64,000 nucleotides of DNA from the human T2T-CHM13v2.0 reference genome, Homo sapiens: the NCBI RefSeq assembly GCF_009914755.1, contig NC_060935.1; one strand, given 5' to 3'. The notes below the pieces were generated by a model. The model was not told the DNA's origin. It made no database searches and was given only the letters and a program-made list of their open reading frames with translations. Numbering within the stretch: position 1 is the first letter of the stretch; each line of letters begins with the position of its first letter. Position numbers and translations under genes: made by a program. Below, one piece after another: positions 17,075 to 54,523 of this stretch.

Positions 17075-17320
17075 TTTTTCAGACTTTTTTGTTTCTAAGA
17101 AATATATTTTACATCATTACCAAGTACACACATGTGCGTTCACACACACAACTGTGATTTTTTTTAATTGCCAGGTATTTAACTCCACTGTGTGCTGTGC
17201 ACTCTGATATTTTCTACTTTTTTTTTTCTGTTTTATTTTTACTTAAAATTCTGGTCGTGACCCACTAAATTGATTTCACAACCCATTAATGAGTCACCAC
17301 CCACAGTTTAAACAGCACTG
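17075..17320. mobile_element. hAT-Charlie (Charlie4-like) DNA transposon end
   Basis: ggtcgtgacccactaaattgatttcacaacccattaatgagtcaccacccacagtttaaacagcactg terminal motif. Confidence 0.6.
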
Positions 17321-18008
17321 AATCATAGCTAGAAGGATGGAGGCCACCATTCGAACCTAAATAGTAGGGCTCCGGAGCCTAACCTCTCCATATAAAGGAT
17401 GGCTTGGGAAAGGAGAGAGACCCCGAAGTCTTGAGGACAGATGGACACTGTGCTGCTGAGGAGACTGGAGGCCTCAAGAATCCCACTGCCCTGCATCACT
17501 CCCTTCCCACATTCCAGCAAAAGATCATACAAAATTCACTAATATTGCCTTTGGAAAACAAACTTGTTGGCGTAGACACACGGTTGTTCTTTTACTTTGT
17601 CTTCACATCAGCCTATGAAGGAAGTAAGAAGGACTGAGAAACTGACTCACGCAGTTTAAGTGATTTGACAAAGGTCACAGAGCCCAGTGTCCTGTTGCCT
17701 GGTCCAGGGAGTTTTTGATCCCATCCTGAGCTCACCCTTGCAGATAACAATGGTGAGCGTGGAGCTGGTGGTAGAGAGAATGGGATGACAGTGGTAACGG
17801 TCATGATGGAAATGATGAGAGTTGGTGTTGCAATGTTGGTACTGGGGAGATTGGTGATGTTGCTGATATTAATGGGAATGGGCACAGTAATGGGAGGTTG
17901 CAGGGACAGTGGTGGCCATGGTGGGGTGCTGCACCACCACAGTAGCACCTGCACCCCCTTCCCAAGCAAAGCTGAATTCCCTCTTCCCCTCACCTCTTCC
18001 TTCCCTAG

Positions 18009-38821
<20,813 letters not shown>

Positions 38822-39484
38822 GCCATGCCAAGACCCAGGACATAGGACGGACCCCTGGTACCCAGAAGAGGAGTTCTTGCTCACTAACCCGGATCCGCCT
38901 CGTGCCCCTGCCTCCTGGAGCTTCCCATTCCAGGAGAAAAGGCTCCACTTCCCAGCCCTTCCTTGCCCCTGACATTTGGACTCTTCCCTTGGGCCGACCA
39001 CTCTGTTCTCATTCTCCTTCCCACCAACATCCATCCGTCCTTCTCAGACAAACCACTCACTGGGTACCCCACCTCCTCTCTCATATGCCCAACACGACCA
39101 CTGCCTCCCTGCCCCCACACCTGCACCCAAACAGACACATCAACGCACCCCACTCACAGACACCCCTTACCCCACCCCCACTGTACAGAGACCAAGAACA
39201 GAAATTGTTTGTAAATAATGAACCTTATTTTTTATTATTGCCAATCCCCTAAGATATTGTATTTTACAAATCTCCCTCTTCCCTTCGCCCCTCCCTTGTT
39301 TTATATTTTATGAAGTTAGTGCGGGCTTTGCTGCTCCCTGGCCCAGGAAAGAGGGACTACCTGACCCTCACCTGGCACCCCCCTGCTGCTGCCCAAGCCG
39401 CTGGGCCTTTTTAATTGCCAAACTGCTCTCTTCATCAGCTCAGCACATGCTTTAAGAAAGCAAAACCAAAAAAAAAAAAAAAAA
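38822..39484 (+). other. CREB3L1: CREB3L1 3'UTR (3' end uncertain)
   Basis: Repeat-free sequence after the stop, with an AU-rich block at 39200-39315. I found no AATAAA; AAGAAA at 39454-39459 precedes a genomic A17 run (39468-39484). Confidence 0.65.
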
Positions 39485-39623
39485 GATGCAGCATCAACTC
39501 CTGACTTTGTGCCTTTCTTCATTGGAGGGGAGGGAAAGTAGAACCAAAGGGCAGGGGAACAACAAGGGTAGGTTGATTTTATGTTCTGGCAGGGGGTGTG
39601 GGGGTATAGGAGTATGAGAAGGC

Positions 39624-40085
39624 ATTTTTTTTTTTTTGTAGAGGTAGGGTCTCGCTATGTTGCCCAGGCTGGTCTCAGACTCCTGGGCTCAGTCTGCCCA
39701 CCATGGCCTCCCACAGTGCTGGGATTACAGGCGTGAGCCACCATGCCCAGCCTGTTCACTTTTTATTTTCCAATATTTTGTTGACTGATTTGTTATTTCC
39801 TCTTCTGTCTTTGGGCTTTATTTATAGCTTTTATATGTGTATGCTTTTATTTGAGGATTAGGAAGATAGTTTAGATAAATGTTTTTTATCTGCCTATTTA
39901 AGGAGAACCCCATGTATGTATGTATGTGTACATGAATGAATGACAAGATCTCGCTCTATTGCCCAAGTTGGAGTCCAGTGGTGCAATCATAACTCACTGT
40001 GGTTTCAAAATCCTGGGCTTAAGCAATCTTCCACCTCAGCCTCCCAAAGTGCTGGGATTACAGGCGTCAGCCACTGCACCTGGCC
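39624..40085 (-). mobile_element. Two antisense Alu monomers/fragments (39624-39753, 39940-40085)
   Basis: Reverse Alu arm sequences; agaaggcattt flanks both ends of the block. Confidence 0.8.
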
Positions 40086-40428
40086 AAGAAGGCATTTCTA
40101 TTGGGCTTTCTCTTCTAGCCAGGTGCAGAATTCAAACCAAACAGCCAAAGAATCTGCTGCAATTCACTCACCTCAGGGCTGCTCCAAGGATCAAGACAGA
40201 GTATCAAAGCCACCATCTTGGCCTTTGGGGATGGCCACTGCAAGAATGGAGCCTCCACTGTGGTCCAGGCACTGTGCTAGACACTTCACATACTATACCC
40301 AGTTTGGTCCTCCTAAGACCTGCCAGTTTCTTAGTTCTTGTATCCTTTGCCTCAGCTGGATTGAAGGCATAGACTTCTAAGTCAGAAGAGCTGCATTTGA
40401 GTATTGGAGCTGCCACTTGCTAGCTGTG

Positions 40429-41349
<921 letters not shown>

Positions 41350-41505
41350 CTCTGTAACCGGAATCTCTCTGAGCCCCCATTTCTTCATTTGTAAAACAAG
41401 GCTGTATTGGGGACTCAAGGAGGTAAGTCATCTAAAGTGCTCAGAACAGGGCCCAGAACTAGTGAGCTCCAAGAAGCACCAGCTGTGCATTAAGAGGCAA
41501 TGTCG

Positions 41506-43690
41506 GGACCGGGTGCAGTGGCTCACGCCTGTAATCCCAAGCACCCTGGGAGGCCGAGGTGGGTGGATCATCTGAGGTTATGAGTTCCAGCCTGGCCAAC
41601 ATGGCAAAACCCTGTCTCCACTAAAATATAGAAATTAGCCGGGCGTGGTGTCAGATGCCTGTAATCCCAGCTACTCCTGAGGCAGGGAAAATTGCTTGAA
41701 CCCAGGAGGTGGAGGTTGCAGTAAGCCAAGATTGCGCCACTGCACTCCAGCCTGGGTGACACAGAAGACTCTGTCTGAAAAAAAAAAAAAAGAAAGAAAG
41801 AAAGAAAAGAAAGAAAAGAAAAAAGCCAATATTGATACCATGTGCTACAGAGGGCCTCACAAGCGGGGCTAGGAAGGCACACAGACCTCACCCAGACCTG
41901 AGCACCAAGCCTTTCTGGAGGAGGGGACAGGAAAGATTGTTAGACATTGGCAGGAAATGGCCAGACATGGTGGCTCATGCCTGTAATCCCAGCGCTTTGG
42001 GAGGCTAAGGCGAGAGGATTGCTTGAGCCCAGGAGTTAAAGGCCAGCCTGGGCAAAACATAGTGAGACCCTGGTCCCTACGCAAATTTTTTTTTTTTTTT
42101 GAGATAGAGTCTTGCTCTATTGCCCAGGCTGGAGAGCAGTGGCAGGATCTCAGCTCACTGCAACCCCCCACCGTCTTCTGGGTTCAAGCAATTCTCCTGC
42201 CTCAGCCTCCCGAGTAGCTGGGACTACAGGCACACGCCACCACGCCCAGCTAATTTTTGTATTTTTAGTAGAAACGGGGTTTCACCGTGTTGGCCAGGAT
42301 GATCTCCAACTCTTGACCTTGTGAGCCACCCATTTCCACCTCCCAAAGTGCTGGGATTACAGGCGTGAGCCACCACGCCCGGCCACAATTTTTTTTTTTA
42401 ATCATGATAATAATGGCCCATGCCTGTTGTCCTAGCTACTCAGGAGGCTGGGGCAGGAGGATCACTTGAACCCAGGAGTTCAAGGCTGCAGTGAGCTATG
42501 ATCGTGCTACTGCACTTCAGCTTGGGTGACAGAGCAAAACCCCCCCACTCTAAAAATACTAATAAAAGGCAGAAAAGAGGAAAAGGGGCATGCCAGGAAA
42601 AAGCAGCAGCCTGGGCAAAAGACTTCAAGGTGAGACAGAACAGGAAACGTTTCAGAAAAGTCAAACAGGCCAGGCGAGGTGGCTTGCACCTGTAATCCCA
42701 GCACTTTGGGAGGCCGAGGTGGGAACATCACTTGAGCCCAGGAGTTGGAGACCAGCCTGGGCAACATAGCAAGACCCTGTCCCTATTGAAAGAAAAGAAA
42801 AGAAAAGTCAAATAATTTACAATAGCCAGAAGGTAGAGGCCAGAGACGCTAAGAATTAAGCCTGACTGATGAGCCAGGGCCGGATCCAGAGGGGTCACGA
42901 ATGCCTTGCTAAGGCATTTGGACTTTATCACTCAGGCACGATACTTTCATACACAGAAGCAAGGGCACGGTGGTGGGATGGTGCCTACACTACCACCAGC
43001 CACCCACCAGAAGAAAAGTGGGACGAGGCCAGGCAGAATCATGAAAACTCAGAACTGGCCTCCACGCCCCTTCCCCTCAAAGCTTCGGCTTGACCACCTC
43101 CAGTGACAGTGACAGAGACCTCACTGCCTGCTGCTGGGCATCAGTTTTAACTGCTGGAAAGCGTAGGCCTTTAGAGCAAGGCCATTAAAGCCTGGGCTCT
43201 GGATCCCACGCTGTTATTATTATTATTTTGAGACAGAGTCTCACTCTGGTGCCCAGGCTAGAGTGCAGTGGTGCAATCATGGCTCATTGCAGCCTCCACC
43301 TCCCATATTCAGCGATTCTCCTGCCTCAGCCTCCAGAGTAGCTGGGATTACAGGTGTGCACCACCACATCTGGCTAATTTTTGTATTTTTATTAGAGATG
43401 GGGTTTCACCATGTTGGCCAGGCTGGTCTCAAACTCCTGGCCTCAAGTGGTCCACCTGCCTCGGCCTCCCAAAGTGCTGGGATTACAGGTGCGAACTACT
43501 GCACCTGGACTCAATGTTATTATTATTAATGATAACTTTTTTTTTTTTTGAGACAGGATCTCACTCTGTCGCCCAGGCTGGAATGCTGTGGCATGATTAC
43601 GGCTCATTCCAACCTCCACTTCCCAGTCTGAAGCCATCCTCCCACCTTAGCTTCCTGAGTAGCTGGGACTGCAGGCATGTACCATCATTA
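41506..43690. mobile_element. Alu cluster: (+) 41506-41824, (+) 41959-42560 split by (-) 42086-42384, (+) monomer 42667-42805, (-) 43214-43507, (-) 43537-43690
   Basis: Alu consensus in both orientations. Confidence 0.88.
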
Positions 43691-43800
43691 CCTCAAAGGC
43701 CCCAGGCCGGTGGTGGAAGTTGGGGAATAAACCAGCCATGGGGATGTTGTGATGGAGGGGTGTACAGGATATTAAGGGACACAGAGTATCATGTAATTCA

Positions 43801-44511
<711 letters not shown>

Positions 44512-45353
44512 AGCTCCTTAAACGTCACACCTTAGGTGCCAGCTTGTTTACCCTCATCCTGGCCCTGAGGAAAACCATGGCCCTTCCAGAGATCTAAAGA
44601 AAGAACACCTTATCCTGAAGGGGTGGGAGCCACCGCATCCTTTCAAGCCAGAGAGTGAAAGAATCAGACGTCCCTGCCCTGAGTCTCTGCAGAATGGAGA
44701 AGATGAGATGATTCCAGACAGAATTAGAAGGAATCATCAACAAGCTCTGACATCAAATTGGCCGTGAGGTCTGGAGGAAGGGTGGGGCCTGAAATGACCC
44801 ACTTGGAGGTCCTGAGTGGGTGATGAGGCTGTTGACCATGACAGGGATTCAGGAGGAAGAGCAGGTTTGGAGAGAAAGATTAGAACTCATTTTAGCACAT
44901 CTGGCATTTGAGTTGCCTGTAGAACATTCACATTAACATGTAATTATAGGGCTTGGGAGAAAAAGATCCCAGCCAGAGATGAGGAAATTGTCAGCGCCCA
45001 GGTGGTAGGTGAAAGCCTTGGGTCTGCATAAAGGGATGTGAGATAAGGGCAGGACTCCAGGGAAGAAGACATTAAGAGTGGAGGGAAGAGGAGTGAACCA
45101 GAGGGCAGAGAAGGGATGGTCGGAGAGGAAAGAAAACCAGGAGAGATGAGTGCCCAGAAACTGACCAGGAGAGCACTTCCCGGGGCGATGGTCAGGGGTG
45201 TCCTCGCTCCTGGAGTGGAGGCTGAAGCAGGAAGCTCACGTGAGCCCAGGAGGCTGAGGCTGCGGCAAGCTGTGATTGCACCACTGCACTCCAGGCTGGG
45301 CAATAGAGCAAGACCCAGTCTCTAAAAAAGAACTTTTTTAAAAATGTGGTTTG

Positions 45354-45688
<335 letters not shown>

Positions 45689-46147
45689 TCAGATGGGAGA
45701 TCATTGACCATGGTTATTTCTAGAACACAGAGCCAACAGAGGGAAAACCCAGAGGGCCACAGAGAGGATGGTAGATGCGGGGGGTGGGAATGGGATCCAG
45801 GGGCAGGTGGATAGGTCCACCTTTGGACAGAGAGGACTAGACAAAAAGGGAGAGCATTCTGTGGGTGCAGAATGTGAGGAGACAGGAAACTGAAGGAGTA
45901 CTCCAATAACTGAGGTGTGGGAGAGGGGCAGTGTGGAGGGTTGGCATGGGCGTGGAAGGGGGAGAAAAGGGACAGTTTGAAATAGTCACTCAGAAGAAGG
46001 AAAGACAAAGCTGACATTTAGTGTGACCTCTCATCATTCATTTATTCATTTAGCAAGTATTCACGGGTGTCCCTTATGGGCAGGGCACCATGCCAAGAAT
46101 GGAGCTCAAACAAAACACAGCTCCTAAAGGAAAGGGCTGGAAATCTA

Positions 46148-47470
<1,323 letters not shown>

Positions 47471-47809
47471 CTGCATCTCCCATTTTTGACCAGTTACCCT
47501 GTGCCAGGCATTGGACTGAGGATCTGAATATCCCAATTAGGAATTTAAGTGATCTTCAGGGGTGGATATTTTTACAGATGAAGAAAGTGAGGTTCAGAGA
47601 GGTGACTGACTTGGTGAAGTTCATGCAGCTGGAAAATGTCAAGGCTGGCATCTGAACATAGGTTTGTTTGGCTTCAGAGTTCATGCTGCCCCTCAACCCC
47701 TCTCCCCAGTCCCACTTCCCATGTCCTCTAGGCCTCCCTGCCTCCGCCAGCTTCATATTACTGCACAAGATCTAAGAACATTGGAGCTTCCTGAAGTAAC
47801 TAAGCCAGC

Positions 47810-48133
47810 GAGCCCATGGTTGCTGAGCTGGTCAAAATGCGGTCATCTGTGATCACTACCCTCTGCCCATTCATCCAAAGCCATCTTACCGGCCTGTGTT
47901 GAGAAGCGAGGCGAGGTTAGTCCCCATGAATAAGCCACCTGTTAACATGCCACCTCCTCAGTGCCATGTGTCATCGTCCCAAGGGGGCCCAACCCCAGTG
48001 TGTCCCCAGCAATGGAGCTGCAGTCCCCACGCTCTATTGTCAGCCCTTGGCAGCCTGCTTTGCCACGCACATATGATGGCTTTTGCGGTGGCAGTCATCC
48101 TGCTCAAATTGCCACAACAAACACTTTGTTATA
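47810..48133 (+). mobile_element. Near full-length rare tRNA-headed SINE (MamSINE1-like)
   Basis: 5' A-box-like TTGCTGAGCTGG (47820-47831); 3' end shared with 43966-44050; family name from recall only. Confidence 0.55.
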
Positions 48134-49904
48134 CCTAAACCAAAGCTCTGGAAAAAGGGAGAGTAGCTGTGGGCAATGCCTGGAGCTGGTATGGGCAGAG
48201 GCAAGGTCCCAATCCCAGGCAAAGTTCTGATCTCGGAGAGGTTGGATGACCTCAGGAGCCATTTGGCCAAACTGGGCACATATCTGATGTCAGTAACAGG
48301 TACCCCTGGGGTCTTTCCAGGGAGTGACGTAGGCAGGCTGGGAACTCAGCTCCAAAGCAGCATGAGATACTTTGTGGGCTCTGATACCTGTGCTACACTA
48401 AGTATGATGTTGGCAAATCACTTAATCTCTCGAAGCCACAGTATCCTTATCTGTTAAATGGTGCTCACCCTCTTAAAGATGCTAGGAGGGGTAAATGAAA
48501 GCTTGCACATAAAGCTCTTAGCACACTGGTCAGTTATGCAGTAAATTCTCAAAAGACATTAGCAATTATTTTCTGAGCACAGAGATAATGAATGGGCTGG
48601 AGACGGAGATGTTCAGAGGAGCGAGCTGCAGCTGGGAGAGGCTGCAGAAGGTGGTCGGGCTGGTCTGGGGAGGGAGTCTCATTTTCTCCTTCCTCTGTGT
48701 GAAAAGCACAGACCACAGCTAAACGATAATGCAGTCAGCAGCTGGTCCTAAGGGGGAGGGGAGCTGTGAGGACAGAGGAAAGAAGCCTCACTTTAAAAAG
48801 GATTGAGTGGGGAGAACGCGGCAGGAAAGAGCTCAACAAAAAACCAACCTGGAAACCCAGCAGCTAGGCAGCTGGCGAGGGAATGTCAAACCCAGCCAGA
48901 ACTACCATAATTCACAGTGTAGGAGGTTCCCCTGGCCCAGGCCGCTTGGAAATAGGAGCCAAGACTCCTGAAAGAGCAAACCCAAGGGCAGCTGACCCCC
49001 TTGTAGGGGGTCGGGGACAAGTGCCCCACCCTACCCACTCCAGCAGCAAGACTTCTTTAGAACTTGGCTCTCGGGAGGAAGCTCCCCTGTGACCAAGAAG
49101 TTGAATGCAATTCCACTCATCCGACAGGGAAGTACTAGACAGAGACAGAGATGGGAGGTGGAACTGAAGCAAGCTATTCCCTGCCCTTTGGGAAGCTTCC
49201 AGATTAGAGCGAAGAGGGCAAACTGCAGGAGGCTGCTACTCTGTGGCTGGCAGCATGATGAAGTGGAAAAGGGCGTGAGTTCTGAGGCCAGAAGCCCTGA
49301 ATTTAAATCCTGGCCCCACCACTCACTGCCTGAGCCATCTTGAGCAAATAAATCACTTGAATGATATCTCCGTGTCCTCCTCCATAAGACGGAGGAAGTG
49401 ATAATATCTGCCACCCAGGGTTGTGGCGAGGATCAAATGAGATGTTAGTTATTGTTCAAGGGTAAAGGGGAGGCCCAGGAAATCGTTATGGGGCTGAAGG
49501 AGGGAGACTGTATCTGTACTGGAGTATTGGGGAGGGGTTCATGGGGGAGGTGGCACTTGACATGGGCCTTGAAGGGCACTTAACACCTCTTCCATAGGCA
49601 GGACAGGGAAGGGGACATACTCCAGGCAATGGGAACAGTCTGAGCAAAGGCACAGGGCAGGGCAGCTATGACACAGCTGTCTCCCTTTGTAGCCCATTCT
49701 CTACCTCTGTGAGTCTGGTCCCTCCCACCTTCCCACACTCATAGTCACAACTTCAGTGAAAAGAAAGACACAGACTAGATTAGACATCTGAGGCAGAGGG
49801 CCATGGGGTCTGGGAGGAAAGAGAGTGTTGTTCAGCTGGAGCCATCCAAGGAGACTTCCTGGAAGAGGAGGCTTTTAAGCAAAGCCTCAGAATTTGAAGT
49901 ACAT

Positions 49905-49956
49905 CAATAGGAGATATCAGATGGAGGGGACAATAGGAGATATCAGATGGAGGGGA
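49905..49956. repeat. Perfect 26-bp tandem duplication
   Basis: caataggagatatcagatggagggga x2. Confidence 0.97.
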
Positions 49957-50599
49957 CTGTACAGTCCTGATGCAAGTTCCCAGAATAAGGAGCATAAATG
50001 AGTGGGAGAAAACGGAAGAGCCTGGGCTGCAGGATGGGGGAAGATCAAGGCAGGCCTTGAGTGCAGGCTAAAGTATAGGCATGAGGAAGCTAGGAAATAC
50101 CACGGGAGAAGAGTAGATGCTATGGCCAGAAAGATGAGTCTGGGGCCGTGAAGAGGAGGTGTTCCATCAGAGAAGTTCACCAGGGCCCCACTGTAATCCA
50201 GATGGAGGGTTCACCTGAGGAACACTGCAAGGACAAGAGGAGGTGACCCAAGGAGGAACCATGGGATTTGGAGGGAAAGAAGAAGGGGGAGTCCAAGATG
50301 GACCTCAAGGAGAACTCCAGTCTTTCCTTTTGGAGTTGGCTTCTCCCCTATCTCATCAGCCTCTCCTGACCCAGCAGGCCGATTAAATCTAAGAGACCCT
50401 GGCCCTGAAGCCTCAGTAATTCAGGTCCTAGGAGGCCTCCCTGCCTTGAGGAGACACCACCCCCATCTGGGGCCCTCTCTAGGCACGATCCAGAAGAGCT
50501 CTAGGCCTGAAGGTAGTGTTACCCGCCATCGGGTCCATCCCCAAATTCAAGGTATCCCTGGGTATGTTCCCTCTCCTGTGCCCCTTCCCCAAACCCAGT

Positions 50600-51720
50600 G
50601 GGTCTCTAAATTCCAGCGGCGCCGACGGGGTTAATGTTGGCTCATGTCACCGCCTCTGCACGCCCCCGCTCCAAACCTGCCAGCTGCAGCGGCGAATGCC
50701 GAAGCCCGAAAGCGAGGGACCAGGCAGCCGTGGGGGTGGAGGGGACACATCGCAGTAGCTGAGTGACAGGCGGCGGGGTGATGATTGGCAGCTGCCGAGC
50801 TGCCTGGACTAGGACCCGGGCGGGGGCGCAGAGGTGGTCGCAGGAGGCGCCCCACACCCCGGGCCTTGCGCCCTGAGCTAGGTTCGTGCCCGTGGTGGGC
50901 TGGGCCGGGCTCGCTCCCTTCGTGCCCTGAGCGGGCGGGCTGGGCGGAGCGGCGCCCTCCCCTCCGGACCCCACCGGCTGGAGAGTGTCTCTAAGGTGAC
51001 ACTCGGGTGCGCGGCAGCAGCGGCGGTTGCAGGAGCTCGCTCTCCGCCCGGGCTCCGGCTCCGCTCCAGCCGTCCGGGGGGCGCCGCGGCGCGCAGAGCG
51101 CAGCACCCCGACTCCAGCCAGGAGCCCCCGCCCCCCCGGAGCGCAGGAGGACCCCGGCCCGCCTCTCCCAGGCGCAGCGCCCAGCATCTCGCTGCTCCTG
51201 TCGTCTAAGCGTCGGCGTCGCTAGGGACCTGCGGAACCCGGCGCTCCCCTCCCTCCCCGCCTCGCGTCCCCGGCCCGGGCGGACTGGAGACTCGAACTTG
51301 AGCGGGTGCCCGAAAGGCCGCAGGAGCCGCGGGCGGAAGGCGGCCGCACGATGGCCGAGGGGCAGGGCGGCGGAGGGCAGCGCTGGGACTGGGCTGGCGG
51401 CGGCCGGGCAGCCGAGGAGGAGGTGGTGCGGCGGCGATGCCGGCGCGGGGAGGAGGCCCAGGTCGCGCAGCCCTGGCCCGAGGGTTCCCGGGGCACGGCC
51501 GCTGGGCCCCCGGTGGAGGAGCGTTTCCGCCAGCTGCACCTACGAAAGCAGGTGTCTTACAGGTAAGGAGGACGTGGGCAGAGGGGAGCGCGGCGCTTGG
51601 GACCACCCCTCTTGCAGGCGTCATTGCACAAACGTTTATTGTGCGCCCGCCGCCTGCCTGGCGCTGGGAGTTTAGAGATGACTGCCGAGGGATCTCTGTC
51701 TTTTCGTGTACAGCGGGAAG
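50600..51720 (+). promoter_or_regulatory. DGKZ: DGKZ upstream CpG-island promoter and 5'UTR
   Basis: Very high GC and CpG density, inverted CCAAT at 50784-50788, GC boxes at 50818, 50932 and 50942; overlaps the first coding exon. Confidence 0.9.
51351..51562 (+). CDS. DGKZ: DGKZ alternative first coding exon A: MAEGQGGGGQRWDWAGGG...HLRKQVSYR
   Basis: cgcacgATGG start, 70 codons plus 2 nt, strong donor TAC AG|gtaagg (phase 2); peptide recognised as a DGK-zeta isoform N-terminus. Confidence 0.93.
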
Positions 51721-53087
51721 GAGGCAGCTTCTGAGACTCCTTCTCTGCCTGAACCGTGAAAGCCGTATTCATCCAATATGCAGTGGCTGAGGGAACAGTG
51801 TACCAGGCGCTAAGGAGAGGAAAGAGCCATGACATTGTTCTTACAAACCTCTATCTGCTGGGGAGAGCCAGGAGATGCCCCCTGGCCCTTCTGGGGGAAA
51901 GAGGAACCCCCTCTTCATTCAACAGGTCTACCCTGAGCTTTCCCGTGGGCTGAGTCTGTGCCAGGCACAGGCTTGTGGAAATGACTGAGAGGCTCCCTGC
52001 CACCACTGTGGAGACCCTGCTGCCCAGAGATGGGGAACAGAATTCCCTCCTGAACCCCCATGCCCCAGCAGGCCCTGGCTGGCAACCTCCAGGGGCAGAG
52101 GGAACCTCCCCACCCCCACCCAACATCTTCTTAATTCAACTGTCTTCTGTCAGTGTCAGAGTCTCTTGGCCTGCCACCTCTGCCCAGAGGGTCCTGGAGG
52201 AGCCAGCTGGAGTGGGCCCCAGAGGTCATTTTGGTGACCTGGGGTAGGACGTTAATGAGGGAGGACAGCCCTTCAGAACAAGGGTGGGAAAGTTACACAG
52301 AGGTTGGAGCTGGGACAGCCCAGTACACACCTTACCTTCCTCTTCCTCTCCCAAACCACAGCCTCAACTTGGACTTGCTGTCCCTCTCAAGCCCTTGGCC
52401 CAGAGTGACCTCCCCTGGAGAGTCTAGCAGGGCCACTAGGGCAGCTGCGGTCCTTACAGCCATCGGCCTGGTTGGAGAGGACAAGTTCCCTGTCCACTTA
52501 CAACCATGGGGTGTTTGGGATATGTCTGAGGCTGCCCTGGTTCTCCCAGTGGCTTCTGGGAAGACGTTTCATAAAACTTGCCCAGCCCTGGGAGCTTGAA
52601 AGGCCTCAGTATTCTTAATGGCTCTGGGGCCATCAGGGCTCCATCACTTGGGGGAGGAAGGGACAGAAGGGGAGGGGATTTTCCAAGAAGCAAGATGCTC
52701 AGAGCAAATGGGAAGCAGGCCAGGTTCCCATGGGCCCTACCTCCACCTTCTAGGGTATACTAGAAATCGTGGGTACACCGGGCTCCATTACCAAGTTCTT
52801 CCAGAACACCACGCCCAGGGGAGTGCATCATCCATCCCATGCCTCTGGCTGTAGGTATGAATGTCCCCCTGGGGCAGGAGGAAGTGCAGAGGGACTCACA
52901 GGGGATGCAGCAAAGAATGGAGACTCCTGGGATAAATGTCAGCCTGGGAGTCAGAAGACCTGGTTTCTACTCTCAATTCTGCCAGAGACTTGTGTGTCCT
53001 TGAGCTGGACAATATCTCTCCCTGGGCGTCAGTTCTTTACTTTTAACATAAGGGGATGACCCCGAGTTTTGCCTTAGCTGTGGGTCA

Positions 53088-53783
<696 letters not shown>

Positions 53784-54523
53784 TCAGTCTCAGAGCCGAA
53801 CAAGGCATCAAGGCAAGGAGAGCCCCTGGTAGAGGACAGACAGACAAGCCCTGGGAAAGAGCCAGCAGCTCTTCCAGGCCCAGGGGACCCCAGGGGAACA
53901 AACTGTGCTCTCCAACTAAGCCCTCTCTTGTGGCTGCTGTCCTGGGTGGCCTGTGGCCTCCTGGCAGGGGGACTGGGGGACCGGGGGCTGGCAGGAGCTC
54001 AGGCCCATGGTGGCCCTTTTCACATCCTCCACATGCCACAGTTCCGTGCAGCTCTGGCTGGCAGCTAAACCTCCTACCCTGCTGTGCGGAGTTGCTAAGA
54101 AAAGCAGTTGAAAGCCCTTTCCAGAGCGAAAAGGCTTTTAGACAGAAATGTGGGGGCAAAAAAATCTGAGGGCGAGGAGTGGAAGCGGAAGCGGGCTGAA
54201 GGCCTGGCTGCTTCTGACGTAAGTGAGGACGGGGGCTTTGGCAGGACACTAGAAGCTTAGAGGGGTGTGGGGCTTTCTCAGAAATAGGTTTCCTTCGCCT
54301 CCCAGTGCCAGCATGGGCTGGAAGCAACCCTGGCAGCTTCTTTAGGTGGATGGAGAGATGGCGGGTGTGTGCCAGCAGAAACTCAGACACCTGGAAAGGC
54401 AGGGGAGGGGGGAAGGGCAAGAAGGCAGGAAAGAAGGCAAGGGAAGAACTTCAATGGGGTATGTCCTTGTTTGGTTTAAATGGGTCCTGGTTTCCAATAA
54501 GTCATAAAAGGGCAGGGCAGGTC

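Noticed and set aside
47810-47885. Possible tRNA gene
   Set aside because: Only an A-box-like head; B-box degraded and no cloverleaf, so better explained as an old SINE
49905-49956. CRISPR-like direct repeat
   Set aside because: Two adjacent copies with no spacer in eukaryotic DNA; a simple tandem duplication
51306-51350. In-frame GTG N-terminal extension of DGKZ exon A
   Set aside because: Poor context, and an in-frame TAG at 51222 limits any extension; no positive evidence
50642-51790. Several 100-220 aa overlapping ORFs on both strands
   Set aside because: Stop-codon depletion in a CpG island; only 51351-51562 has a start, a donor and a recognisable product
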